Below, piece by piece: positions 45,299-55,847 of a stretch of 64,000 nt of DNA (the stretch's first letter is position 1; every line of letters begins with the position of its first letter). Source of the stretch: Diplonema japonicum (Eukaryota; Protista; Euglenozoa: Diplonemea); NCBI GenBank assembly GCA_964019335.1, contig OZ025700.1:372001-436000 (forward strand), read 5' to 3'. Below the pieces are notes generated by a model, which worked only from the letters and a program-made list of their open reading frames with translations, searched no databases and was not told the DNA's origin. Both the position numbers and the translations under genes were made by a program.

Positions 45299-45828
45299 CC
45301 TTTGTTAAAGGTTTTGTATGGGGTCAACACAAGGTGGGAGACAGAAAAGAATAGTACGTGTGAAGTATAAAAAAAAAAAAAAAAAAAAAGGAAAATTGAC
45401 AAAAGTACTTTTTTTTTGTTGGCATGGGGAACAAAGCAAAAGAAAGGACAGGAGGAGGGAAGGGAGGGAGGGAGGGAGACCCACCCCCATTGGTGAAAAC
45501 AAAAATGAAAAAAAAAAAACAACAGACCACAAAAAAAAATGCTGTCCAAGGGACTCGCATACACAAAAATGGTTTCGTTGTATTCCCCTTTTTTTCCCCA
45601 AATAGGTTTGTGTGTATTTGAGCAGTGACATTTCTTTTTTTTTTTTTTTAAACTCGCCAGAGGAAAATGAAAAAGAAGGAGCGAACAAAAAGAAGAAAAG
45701 GAGGGGGGAGTAAAAAAAAAAAGGAAGATTCAAGAAGAAGAAAAGGGGCTATCATCTCACAACCAAAACGGGGAAAGTACGCACATCCCAATCCCACATA
45801 AATAATGAGAGTACAAAAAAAAAAAAAA

Positions 45829-46120
45829 TGGGGCTTTGATTGCAACACTAGGTGGCGTTAAGCGTGCAATGAAGCACGAACTACCTACTTGATTACAGGG
45901 GGCGCTCCTCGGCCGAGCAGTAGCTTCTTCTGCGTTCCGCGTCGTGTCCTTAATGCGTGCGGTGTGCTCAACCCTAGCCGGGGCGTCCCGGGTAACCAAG
46001 ATTCTGCGCTCGTGCAGTTTGCTGCCTGTTCGTCACCCTGAGCATCTGCGTTACGTTCTTCCACTCGGGCGCTACCGGTGATGACCGACGAGGAGGTCAA
46101 CAGCGAACAACACATCTGAT
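45829..46120. ncRNA. Unidentified GC-rich structured element (candidate ncRNA, SINE or 3'UTR element)
   Basis: About 290-nt island without a convincing ORF; several stems; terminal 42 nt duplicated at 5351; followed by oligo-T on the minus strand. Confidence 0.4.
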
Positions 46121-46217
46121 GTACTTCTTATATTTTCATGTTATCCCCATCACCCAAAATAAAAAAAGATTCTTCACTCTTATTCTTCTTCCTTTCCCCC
46201 CCTCTTGTCGTTTATCT

Positions 46218-47051
46218 CTAACAGCACGCCATAGTGCAGTTGTTCTGACAAGTTGCAGCAGATAGATCCTTGAAGTACACATGATAGGTGCTCCAAGCAG
46301 CAGTACCCGCGAACGAGCAGGCAGGGTCACATGTGTTCATACACATAAGAGGGTTAGTAAGAGGAATGGGCTCCCACGTGTTGGGTGAGAAGTCCTGCTC
46401 CTGAACAATAGTGGAAGCAAAGAAGATGGCTTGGATGTCACCAGCATTGTTGAACATGGTGACGACAGGGAGAACCTGGTCAGCATTCCAGCTCATCTTG
46501 GGAGCGGTGCTGAGGTCGTAGAAGTAGTGTGTCCCCATCCCGGCAAAGCAGGACCCTGCGAACCAGTTGCTAGCGACAGCGTCGTTCCTAGTCAACGGGA
46601 GGGACTTGTTCGCCGTACCGGGCCCCACCATGATCCTTGTACCGATGGGTGTTGATTGGTTGGCAGTGTCGCAGCTGTTTTCCCTGAAGCTCAGGCCAAG
46701 CCTGTACCTGTTCTCGTCGATTTTAACGAAGTACCCCAGGTTGATGAGGTTCTGAGGGGGTGCGGCGACGAACACGTCCACAGACATCCCGGACACCTGC
46801 CCTGCAGGCGTGAAGTACATTGTTGTAGGCGCGTGCCTGGACAGCCCAAGGCTCGCGTTCACATAGGGGATCCCGTAGTTCGGGTCACACTGCGACCCTG
46901 CAGAGGGTGCCCAACCCGTCTTCTTAGCCACGTCCATCGTGACAGGCATCGGGACATACTTTGTGAACGTCCTAATCAACCTGTCACCGATGGACACCTC
47001 GCAAGACACAACAGCCGCTGACAGCAGCATCATGCTCATCGTCGCTTTCAT
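46218..47051 (-). CDS. Secreted Cys-rich protein of unknown function
   Basis: Signal peptide MKATMSMMLLSAAVVSC; motifs YFTPAGQVSG, WFAGSCFAGMGTHYFY and WSTYHVYF; GC3-rich codons. Confidence 0.85.
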   Translation of the reverse strand: MKATMSMMLLSAAVVSCEVSIGDRLIRTFTKYVPMPVTMDVAKKTGWAPSAGSQCDPNYGIPYVNASLGLSRHAPTTMYFTPAGQVSGMSVDVFVAAPPQNLINLGYFVKIDENRYRLGLSFRENSCDTANQSTPIGTRIMVGPGTANKSLPLTRNDAVASNWFAGSCFAGMGTHYFYDLSTAPKMSWNADQVLPVVTMFNNAGDIQAIFFASTIVQEQDFSPNTWEPIPLTNPLMCMNTCDPACSFAGTAAWSTYHVYFKDLSAATCQNNCTMACC

Positions 47052-47163
47052 TTTTTTTTTTTTTTTTTTTTTTTTTTCCTCTTCTTTTTTTTTTTGCTTT
47101 TTTTGAAGAAAAATATTTTTTGTTTGTTTGGCAATGCAAAAAGGAAAAAAAAAGAGGGTATTC

Positions 47164-48702
47164 TTAAACCTCGTCGTCCGAGCTCATATCGTCATCGTCG
47201 CTTTCTTCCTTCCGACAGGGGGGGTTAGGTGTGGGGGTGTGCATTCTGACCGCCTCGGTCTTTGCAATCTGCTGCAGTGCGAACAACGTGTTGGGTAGCA
47301 TGCTGTCGGCAAGCGACAGGACAATGTTAGGGTTCAATAAGTTGTTAGGCAGCTTCATGCTGTCGAAGATCTCCTTGATAGACATGAGCTGCGCGGCAGC
47401 TTCGAAACGCTCTGCAGCAGAGCTCGGCAGCGGTCCAACATACGACAGCAGCTGTCGAGGGGGGAGGTGGATGTCATATTGCGTAACGTGTGAGGTCGAA
47501 ACCTTCGTTGCACCCTCACCTACAACGTTAGGTACGACAAACCGACATTTCCGTTTCCTTCTAATGAGAGTGATCTTGATAAACTCTTGCGGGACGGCAC
47601 CAACGACACTGAACTGAGCGGTGTCATTGCAGAATTTCAACGCCTCGCACATACTTCGACACAACCCCCACAATGCTGATGTAACAGGAACGTTTTCAGT
47701 GGTTCTGATGTCCAATCGAATATCCGTCCGCCCTGGTCTGATGATGTCTAAAACGGTGTATTTTTGTGTGTTATTCTTCACCTTGCGAACAATGAGCATC
47801 CCCGTCACGGGGTGTGCGAAACAAGTCACCCTGCACTTCTCGCGACGGCATTCTACATAAACGAGAATGGACTCGGAATCCTTGTGGGGGTGTGTTGCTA
47901 GTTTTGTGTTGATGAAGTCGTGCTCGGATTTTTCAATTGAATCGACGAATTGCATGCCCGCTTGGCCTGTTTGCGAGATTGTGTTGCAGACTTCGATGGC
48001 TGAGGAGGTTGAAGCGTCCAGCTTCCGCGCAAACCGGTTTTTGTTGAATATTTTCACCCCGAGCTTTACGCGATACTTGACGTTGATGGTGTACAGCTCC
48101 TTCTTGAGGTGCGGCAGCATTTCCTGACGGGTTTTTATCTTTCCAAAACCGGACCAGAAAAGGTGGCGAGTTGTGGGGTAGACGTTCCCGAAACTCTTAA
48201 TCATGGATATGATGCCTGATTCATAAATAGAAGGTTCGGGAGCCACTTCGTCAAGATCTGGTGAAAGATCAAATCTCATGGAAGTTTCGTCGAAAGGGAG
48301 GACGCAAAGTTTATTTGCGTTGTCGGAGCTAACTAACAACAAGATTTTAAATTGAGATGAGGCACTTATAGAACGGGGTACTTCGAAACCGGTTCCGTTG
48401 TTGCGTTTTCGGAGGGTTGTCAATGCTGCGCCGTAAGCGGAACCGTCGATACCTTCAAAGTCGCCTTCTTCTTCATTTTCTTGTTTTTCTTCCTTCTCCT
48501 CTTCGGGCTCCGCAATGTCCGAGAATAAGTTTTGCTCCACCACGTGGTCCTGCTTTGTTGCGGGCTCTTCCTTCGTTTCCCAGTACACCGAGTACTTCCC
48601 CTCGTTCTGTAATAAATCCCTCCATGACGTCACCGTCACCCACTGCGCGTCGTTTCTCTCCCCGTCTGTGAAGAACACAATATCGCTTGTGAACGCTGCC
48701 AT
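47164..48702 (-). CDS. Hypothetical protein, possibly a degenerate CYTH/triphosphate-tunnel fold
   Basis: 512-aa ORF with ordered motifs YRVKLG, DIRLDIRTTE, RRKRKCRF, VSTSHV and RFEA. Confidence 0.75.
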   Translation of the reverse strand: MAAFTSDIVFFTDGERNDAQWVTVTSWRDLLQNEGKYSVYWETKEEPATKQDHVVEQNLFSDIAEPEEEKEEKQENEEEGDFEGIDGSAYGAALTTLRKRNNGTGFEVPRSISASSQFKILLLVSSDNANKLCVLPFDETSMRFDLSPDLDEVAPEPSIYESGIISMIKSFGNVYPTTRHLFWSGFGKIKTRQEMLPHLKKELYTINVKYRVKLGVKIFNKNRFARKLDASTSSAIEVCNTISQTGQAGMQFVDSIEKSEHDFINTKLATHPHKDSESILVYVECRREKCRVTCFAHPVTGMLIVRKVKNNTQKYTVLDIIRPGRTDIRLDIRTTENVPVTSALWGLCRSMCEALKFCNDTAQFSVVGAVPQEFIKITLIRRKRKCRFVVPNVVGEGATKVSTSHVTQYDIHLPPRQLLSYVGPLPSSAAERFEAAAQLMSIKEIFDSMKLPNNLLNPNIVLSLADSMLPNTLFALQQIAKTEAVRMHTPTPNPPCRKEESDDDDMSSDDEV

Positions 48703-48991
48703 GTTATTTTGTTTTTTTCTTCCATGGGCCTGATGGGATGGATTGCCTTCTTTTTTTTTTTTTTAATCTTGTGGTAAGGGGAATCTCTACAAAAGAAAAA
48801 CAAAAAAAAGAGACAGAAATAGAAAATAAAAAAATAAATGAGACCTGTTTTTTTTTCTTTTTAAACACGGATTCCTCCCCTACCTATAAAAAAAAAAATA
48901 CCAACGCCTTTTTTTTTTTGCTTTATATCACACTCTTTTTTTTCTGTCTTCTTTTCTGTATAGATACTAAATAATGTGGGGGGGGGGGGTA

Positions 48992-51376
48992 TTAGAAAAG
49001 GGCAAAGTTTCCCTTTCTAGATTGTTGTTGTTGTTGTTGTTTGGCCTCCTCGGTGAGGGTTTCAAGGGTGCTTTTGAGCGACGCGTTTTCCTGTTCAAGG
49101 GTGGCGATTCGCGCTGTGAGGATGGGATCTTCGTGGCGTTGGGTGTCCCACAGCTTACGGTAGTGACCGTCGGGGATCTCGTGGAGAGTAGCGTGCGTGC
49201 CTGTCTCGACGACAGAACCTTCTTCAGTGACAACAATGAGATCACAGTGCATCACTGTCTGTAGACGATGAGCTATGGTAACGGTGGTTTTGACAGACCG
49301 CTCACGCAGCCTCGCAATGCCTTCTTGAACCCTTTTTTCCGATATCGTGTCCAGCGACGAAGTAGCCTCATCGAGCAGCAAAATAGTCGGCGCTCTGATC
49401 AAGGCCCTTGCAATCGCCACACACTGTTTCTGCCCCCCCGAAAGCTGCACACCGCCAACACAATTCATCCGGCTGTGTAACCCATCCTTCAGTTCCTCGA
49501 TGAAGTCCCACGCATTAGCGTCCACACATGCTTGTTTCACAACATCGTCCCCAGGCGGTGGTAGCAACCCGTACGTGATGGCCTCTTTAATACTCGTTCC
49601 AAGCAACACGGAATCCTGTGCAACAACCGCCATAGACCGCCGAAGTGTGTGAAGATTGTGCTCTTGGATAGGAACACCATCAATCAGTATGCTGCCCTTG
49701 TCCGGGTAGTAGAACCCTTCGAGAAGTTTCATGATGGTGGACTTACCACACCCGATGGGGCCGACTATGGCGACGTTTTGCCCTGGTGCCGCTTTAAAGG
49801 AGATACGGTTCAAGGCCTGCTTGGCACCTTCCTCCGCTGCGGGGTATTCAAAGCTCACGTCGAGGACCTCGATCTCACCCTTTAACTGTTGTTCAGCGGC
49901 AGGTGTTATAGTTTCGTACTCTGGTTCTACGGAGGGTGACAGGTCAAGGATGTGCCCTACACGGCGTAAGGGTGCGCGGAGAGATGAAGCTTGAAAGCCA
50001 GAATCGATGAAAGAAGGCACTGCTTCCATAAGGGTTAAGGCTGAGATAGAAACAGCTTGCATTACAGTTCGCTTCTGAACCCCGTCCAAGAGCTCACACC
50101 CATACGCGTGGACACCAACCACCTGCAGCGTCACAAGCCCGATCACGGTGTTCATCATGCAGTCGCTGACGAACTGTCCTTTCATTTCCACCCTCGCTTC
50201 GTCCTTCGCCATCACCGTTTGATTTCTGCCTTCCTCCCATTCCATGACGTGTTCCCTGACTGTTCGGATCTCTTCCAACAAACTAACTGTATACCGCGCA
50301 GGCGGCTCGGATGACATAAGACAAACTGTAACACCGAGCATTCCCAAAGCGATTGGCAACGGTACCACACATGGTATGAATAGCCTAGGGGAGATGTTGT
50401 GGATGGTGCGGATGCATGTGAAGAGCTTGGCACCGGATTTAACGAGGTTGAAGACGGAGTCGAAGATGCAAGATCGTAGCTGTTCGACGTCGGACTGAAG
50501 GGATTTTGACAGCCCTGGGGGTTGTTTGTCAAAGAACGACATGTCCTGTTTCAAACACGACTTCACAAGCTCGGAGTGAAGCTCCAGAGAAAACCCCGAA
50601 GTCACCTTTGAAAGCAACGTACCGCTGACTACGCTCATCATTCTGGACAGCAGCACGACGACTAATATGTTCTTTGTCTGCCGCTTCACACCCGACATCC
50701 CTTCCTCCGATTCAATCTCCACCATTTCCGGTAACATTGAGAAGATTTGGTGATCGAGCTGGAACTGTACGACCCCCATGCCCAATGCAACAATGTACCC
50801 CGGCAGATACTTCACAGCGGTCATTAAAGCGCGTCTTTCACCTGTTTGCTTCCCCTTTGTCACGGTTGTCAACGTGGTGGCGGCTTCCTTCAGCAGCTCC
50901 GCGTCGATTTGGTATTTCACGATCGGTTTGAAGAAGTACGGTAGCCTCCTATGGTACACCCATTGGCATCTCGTTGCCAAGTTGATTTTCCGTTTTAGTT
51001 TCATGCCGTCTGCGTAAGATCCGAAGCCCTCCTCTCCCGTCACCGCGCGGCTTGTCTTCGCCATGCACTGTTTTAGTTCGATCTCGACAGTCTTTTTGAG
51101 TAGTGCGCGCGATTGTTCGACGACGTCGTTGCTTTCTGGAATCCCGAGACCTTGTGCCTCTACTAGGGAACCTACTATGTTCTCTGCGCTTGGAGCTTTT
51201 CCTTCGCCTTCCCCTTCCACGGCACCGCCTAACCGCCCCATCACAAGATCTTTCGATCTTTGGTTCAGCTTCGCCATCTCCGCAGTCTCCTGTTCCCTAT
51301 ACACCACATAGCCTACCAACCCCAGGCCGGCCCCTAGCCCCACCACCAATTTCATGTCCATTCCATTTCCATCCAT
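48992..51376 (-). CDS. ABC half-transporter, ABCB-like (TMD-NBD) with N-terminal extension
   Basis: Walker A GPIGCGKST, Q-loop VVAQD, signature LSGGQKQ, Walker B ILLLDEATSSLD, H-loop IAHRL; KQDMSFFD in the TMD. Confidence 0.93.
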   Translation of the reverse strand: MDGNGMDMKLVVGLGAGLGLVGYVVYREQETAEMAKLNQRSKDLVMGRLGGAVEGEGEGKAPSAENIVGSLVEAQGLGIPESNDVVEQSRALLKKTVEIELKQCMAKTSRAVTGEEGFGSYADGMKLKRKINLATRCQWVYHRRLPYFFKPIVKYQIDAELLKEAATTLTTVTKGKQTGERRALMTAVKYLPGYIVALGMGVVQFQLDHQIFSMLPEMVEIESEEGMSGVKRQTKNILVVVLLSRMMSVVSGTLLSKVTSGFSLELHSELVKSCLKQDMSFFDKQPPGLSKSLQSDVEQLRSCIFDSVFNLVKSGAKLFTCIRTIHNISPRLFIPCVVPLPIALGMLGVTVCLMSSEPPARYTVSLLEEIRTVREHVMEWEEGRNQTVMAKDEARVEMKGQFVSDCMMNTVIGLVTLQVVGVHAYGCELLDGVQKRTVMQAVSISALTLMEAVPSFIDSGFQASSLRAPLRRVGHILDLSPSVEPEYETITPAAEQQLKGEIEVLDVSFEYPAAEEGAKQALNRISFKAAPGQNVAIVGPIGCGKSTIMKLLEGFYYPDKGSILIDGVPIQEHNLHTLRRSMAVVAQDSVLLGTSIKEAITYGLLPPPGDDVVKQACVDANAWDFIEELKDGLHSRMNCVGGVQLSGGQKQCVAIARALIRAPTILLLDEATSSLDTISEKRVQEGIARLRERSVKTTVTIAHRLQTVMHCDLIVVTEEGSVVETGTHATLHEIPDGHYRKLWDTQRHEDPILTARIATLEQENASLKSTLETLTEEAKQQQQQQSRKGNFALF

Positions 51377-51475
51377 CTTGTAGGTACTGTGGTGAGGTCG
51401 AGAGGTTGGAGGAAGACAACACTGGGTATAACAACGCTACGCGGTGTTCGTGATGTAATAGAAAAGGAGGGGTGC

Positions 51476-52762
51476 TCAAGCATTGATGGACAGCTCGAAG
51501 AGAAGGTTTTCTATCTTCTTCGTGTTGTTCTTCAAGGTCTCCAGCTTCTTCCCGAGCCTCCCATCATTGGGAAGCAAGGTGACCTGTTCTGTGATGGCGA
51601 GGGTGACGGCGAAGCAGTCCTCGACCCGCTGCACGTCCCTCTTCGTTGCATTGAGGACTGCATAGCGTCCGACCTCCCCTGTGAAGTCGATGAGGCCTCC
51701 GAGATACTCATCGATCTCCACAAGGGGGATGCTGGAGGGAGGTGGAACGCTCCCCGTCTCCATCCACACGAGGAAGATCATCGCCTCAGCAATCTCCTCA
51801 AGACAATCGGCGAACGACCCCGTTCGCAGTGCAGGTGTCTTCACCACGTACTCCTCGTGTGCCTTCTTCGCCACAGCCAGAGCCCCTTCCACCTGTTCCC
51901 TACCCTTCTTCAGCTCCCCGCGGTGCATCGTGAAGATGCTTTGCTTCGCCAGCTTCTGCGCTTCTCCCCTCCCGCTCCGCATCACCATCTCCCTGTCCTT
52001 GTCGAAGGCCTCCACACGCCCCTGTACCTCCTTCATCTCTGCCAAATCCATCATTTCTGCAGACACACCGCTCGACCCTTCCTCCGCGTACTTCCTTGCC
52101 TCCCCTCCATCCCTCTTCGAGAGCTCGTAAAGGAGGTCCGTCAGACGCTTCACACTCCACTTCACGCTGTCATACTTGTGGCGAAGAGAGCCACCCCTGA
52201 AGTTGAACTCCATGAGTAGGGCGAGAACAGCAGCCCCGAGGTCCCGAGCGATCGCGACAGAACGCACGTCGCCGTGTGTGCCCCTGCGCATCCCGTAGGC
52301 TGCCAGGTCGGCCACGAAGTCGATAACCCCGACAAGGTACTCCGTGTCCTCCACCTCAAGCCCCACCTCCAGCTCCCCCTTCCTCACCAGACGGCACTTC
52401 GAGTAGAACTCCAGCTGAGCCCGCAACCCCACCTGCTTCTCAACCAGCTTCGAGATCCGCCCATCCCGCCCGGGGTTCTTCTCCTTCAGCTCAGCCGGAA
52501 GCCCCGCCAACCCAGCCTCCACTTCTTCCACCAGCTGCCGTCCCTTCTCCACCTCCCCGTACCCAAGCATGTGGCTCGCTTGGCTCGCCTTCCTCGACAG
52601 CTCCTTGTAGTACTGGTGCACCTGTTCCCTTCTCCCTTCCTGCTCCAGAAGCTTCTGTCGCATCTCCTCAAACGCCTCCACAGGGAGCGGCGCAACCTTC
52701 GCTGACGGCGCCACAGGAGGGCAGGGAAGGACTGCTAGCCTCATGAACACGGGACGAAACAT
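51476..52762 (-). CDS. Tandem two-domain translin-family protein, copy 2 (starts MFRPVFMRLA)
   Basis: Identical to copy 1 except for the N-terminal peptide and penultimate residue (SINA versus SISA). Confidence 0.88.
   Translation of the reverse strand: MFRPVFMRLAVLPCPPVAPSAKVAPLPVEAFEEMRQKLLEQEGRREQVHQYYKELSRKASQASHMLGYGEVEKGRQLVEEVEAGLAGLPAELKEKNPGRDGRISKLVEKQVGLRAQLEFYSKCRLVRKGELEVGLEVEDTEYLVGVIDFVADLAAYGMRRGTHGDVRSVAIARDLGAAVLALLMEFNFRGGSLRHKYDSVKWSVKRLTDLLYELSKRDGGEARKYAEEGSSGVSAEMMDLAEMKEVQGRVEAFDKDREMVMRSGRGEAQKLAKQSIFTMHRGELKKGREQVEGALAVAKKAHEEYVVKTPALRTGSFADCLEEIAEAMIFLVWMETGSVPPPSSIPLVEIDEYLGGLIDFTGEVGRYAVLNATKRDVQRVEDCFAVTLAITEQVTLLPNDGRLGKKLETLKNNTKKIENLLFELSINA
51484..52732. repeat. 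1.25-kb direct repeat, copy 2
   Basis: Matches 42797..44045. Confidence 0.95.
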
Positions 52763-53002
52763 GGTACTCTATCGTAGCTGAAGGCTGCAGGCAAACAGGC
52801 ACAACCATGCTGCATAAGGTGAAGAAAGCAGGGGGGGGGGGGATATGAAAAGAAGATGAACTAGAAATTATCCCTCTTTTTTTTCTTATAAATGAGATCA
52901 TTCTAATATGTTCCCCTCTCTTCCTTCTTACGGTGCTTTCAAGGCACTCCCCCCACCCCCCCCCCCCCCCCAAGCGAAATAAAAATAGTAATAAAACCCT
53001 TA

Positions 53003-54315
53003 TCAAGGCCAGCGGTTAGATAAGGCCTCCTGGAGGGCGTCCATGTTTTTGCGGAGTTTAGCGCTATTCGGGAGTTTGTTGCGGACCTGGATTTTTTTTT
53101 TTTTTTTTTTTTTTTTTTGTAAATTAAAAATACCGTTTCAAGGTTTTCAAGAAGACGGGTGGCTTTGGGTTCATTGGTCTCGAGGAGGGTTTGGAGCTTG
53201 GCTTCCTGCACCGTGCATCCGTCCTCCATTTTTTGAGCAAAGGTGAGAAAGCTTGAATAGGCCGACACGAATTTGCTTGAGAAGTCCTTCAAGTCGACTT
53301 TGAAGACACCACTAGGGTGTTTAGACGAGGCACGCACATGCTGAAGGTTCAAACAAGACGTAGGGGAAGGGAGGGTAAGCCTCAACGCAGCCCCATCCTG
53401 CCAAGCGATGGTTGCTTCTACATCTGTTGCGTCCCCGTTGAGAATCTTGCACAGCGGGAGAACAAGTCCTGTCACCATCCAAGGTTCGTCGGCCGTGTGC
53501 TCGCCAGCCCACATTTTACTATTGATCTTACAGAACATGCCGCCTTGGCAGCTTTCCGGGTTGCTGATGAAAACCTTTGCCATTTGAGGTGCGTGGTCAA
53601 AGTTGTTGGTGGCGAGAAGCTCGTTGATCTCGTACCACTTTCCTTGCACGTTGATGCGGAAGTTTAGATCGACTGGGTCGATACCGCTTTCCTCCGCAGG
53701 TGCTCGTTGGCTCATAATCTTTTCCATCATAGCTTGGGTGGGGATGGTACCGTTGCCTATGACACGCTCGGACTTTTTTACAGGTAGGGCTTTTCCCACA
53801 GTTTTTGTTTTGTGTGAAGTAGATAGTTGGCTGTAGGCGTTTGGTCCGTTGTGTGTGGCAGAGGGGACGACGTTCCACTTGTCGTCTTCGTGCTGCTCCT
53901 TTCGTTTTTGGAGTTCCTTTCTCTTTTCGATGGGCAAAGCGGCGATCCTACGTTTGTTGTCTTTGGATTTTCCCGGAACGACAGTTTTGAAGCCATCGTC
54001 GTCCTCTGTACCGTCAGCCCTTGCGATGGCATCTCTTGCTCCTTTGCCAGGGTCGGATATCTTCAGTGGTTTCGATGGTTTTTTTTTCGGTTCTTGTTCG
54101 GGTTCTGTTACTTCTAGTGAGCCCTCTTGTTGTTGTTGTGGTTGTTGTTGTTGTTGTTGTTGTTGCTTCCCCTTTTTTTTCTTCCTCCTGCCTCCTCCTT
54201 TAACCACATCCTCCTCCACGTGTTCAATTGTTTGCCCGTATCTTTTGAACAGCGAAAACACCAGAATTCCCAAAACAAACAACGTCATGAACCAGGTGAA
54301 GTCGAGATTTGCCAT
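53003..54315 (-). CDS. N-terminally membrane-anchored hypothetical protein; join(54315..53134,53086..53003)
   Basis: TM WFMTLFVLGILVFSLF, K/Q-rich linker and globular C-domain; intron removal gives NLET|VRNKLPNS...NRWP*. Confidence 0.8.
53087..53133 (-). other. Intron, 47 nt, poly(A)-filled
   Basis: GTATTT...(A)nTCCAG. Confidence 0.8.
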
Positions 54316-54878
54316 ATTTTTTTAGAGTAAAAAAAAAGTACGGGGATTTGCTGTGGGGTAGTAGATTAATGAGGACAAAAAAGGGGGGGGGGGGGGAAAT
54401 CGAGAATATGCCCCGCGGCAATCTTCTTTCACTTTTTTTTTCTTTCTTTCCGTCTTATTTTGTTTTCTTCCTTTTTTCTTTCCTGTTTCATCGTGGCAAT
54501 GAAGAACAAGAATAGAAGATAAAAAATAAGGGGGGTTGCAAGAAAACTGAAAGAAAAGCATAGCGGGGAAAACAAAAAAAAACAAAAAAAGGAGAGGGAG
54601 ACGCACGCATTATCTGGTTTCGTTTTCTTTTTTCTTTTCTTTTTCAAAACAAAGAAATAAAAGAAGGTAAAATAAAAAGTAAAAAAAGAATAAAATAAAA
54701 TAAAAACAGCGAGATCACTGTACTTTTTTTTTGTGGAGAAAGGTACACAAGACAATATTACCGCAAGAGAAATAAAAAAACACATTCAGAAAAAATAATG
54801 GAAAAGAAGTAACGTTCTAAGGGGAGGAACGATGAATAAGATAATAGCTTCACCCCCCTCCCCCATCCCCACATGTTG

Positions 54879-55847
54879 CTAAGCAGACTTTCCTACAATG
54901 GAGGAAGAGGGGGCCTGGTCCATGAGGCACTGGTTGGTGCCCCTCTGGAGCCAGATGTACCCGTTCTCGCCCCACGACGCACCCCAGGAGTTCTTCACGA
55001 TCCAGTAGTCAGTGTGGAAGCCCACGATGAGGACACCATGGTCCAGCTGGTCCCCTATGCAGTACGTCATGACACCACCAGTGTATGTCTGCCACAAGCC
55101 AGCGTCCACAGCGATTGAGAGGGGGCCGTGCACAGACACCCAGGAAGCCATGTCGTCCTCGTTGTGGGCGATGTCCTGGTGACCTGTGATGGTGGCCCCA
55201 ACTGTCTTCTTCGACAGGTCCTCGCACTGCCCACTCGTACCGTTCCCAGCTGTGTAAGGGTAGGAGGCCTCCGTCACGATCTCACCCTTGCGGGAGGACA
55301 CGAGCCACCCCCAAGCGTTGTCCATCATCCCACCCCCGCAGCCGTGGTCCACAGTGTCGCACGACACAAGCTCCTGCTCAGAGAGTGACGTCAGGGTGTT
55401 CCCTGCAAGTGCCCACTGTCCTTCGATGCTGCCAGTTGACGAGAAGGCCCAGCAGCTCCCGCATTGAGCTTGGTTCTTCACATGGGTCACGGCCCCCTTC
55501 TTCCTCCAGTCCACAGGGGTTGCGTTCTTCACACCCTCATACATCCTGTCGGGACTGGGCTTCACAGGGACGTCAAGGTTGTGGTACACTTTGAACTCGT
55601 CTTCAGACATGTCGCTGAAGATGTTCATCCCGAAGGTCGCCTGCGGGTTCTGTGCCTCAAGCTTCGCCGCCTTCAGCATGTTCTTCTTGAAGATGGTCCT
55701 TCTGTGAGCCTCTTCACGGTTTGAGTATCTCTTGCCGTAGGTCTCCTTGAAGTTCCTCCACAGGATCGCCTCGTTGGCCTCGATGTACGAAACAGGCAGA
55801 CCGGCAGCAGCGGTCGCAAGGCACAGAATGGCAAGGCTCGTCTTCAT
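54879..55847 (-). CDS. Cathepsin L-like/cruzipain-type C1A cysteine peptidase, copy A (no C-terminal extension)
   Basis: Signal peptide, I29 propeptide (GMNIFSD), QCGSCWAFS, LDHGVLIVG and YWIVKNSWG. Confidence 0.96.
   Translation of the reverse strand: MKTSLAILCLATAAAGLPVSYIEANEAILWRNFKETYGKRYSNREEAHRRTIFKKNMLKAAKLEAQNPQATFGMNIFSDMSEDEFKVYHNLDVPVKPSPDRMYEGVKNATPVDWRKKGAVTHVKNQAQCGSCWAFSSTGSIEGQWALAGNTLTSLSEQELVSCDTVDHGCGGGMMDNAWGWLVSSRKGEIVTEASYPYTAGNGTSGQCEDLSKKTVGATITGHQDIAHNEDDMASWVSVHGPLSIAVDAGLWQTYTGGVMTYCIGDQLDHGVLIVGFHTDYWIVKNSWGASWGENGYIWLQRGTNQCLMDQAPSSSIVGKSA

Noticed and set aside
45829-46120. 7SL/SRP, U3, telomerase RNA or SECIS identity
   Set aside because: The SRP-like TCAGG...GCAGC lacks the paired GNRA loop. 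No U3 A/A' boxes are present. AACCCTA is too short for a telomerase template. The SECIS-like TGA/TGA pair is on the non-coding strand, and no in-frame UGA gene is nearby.
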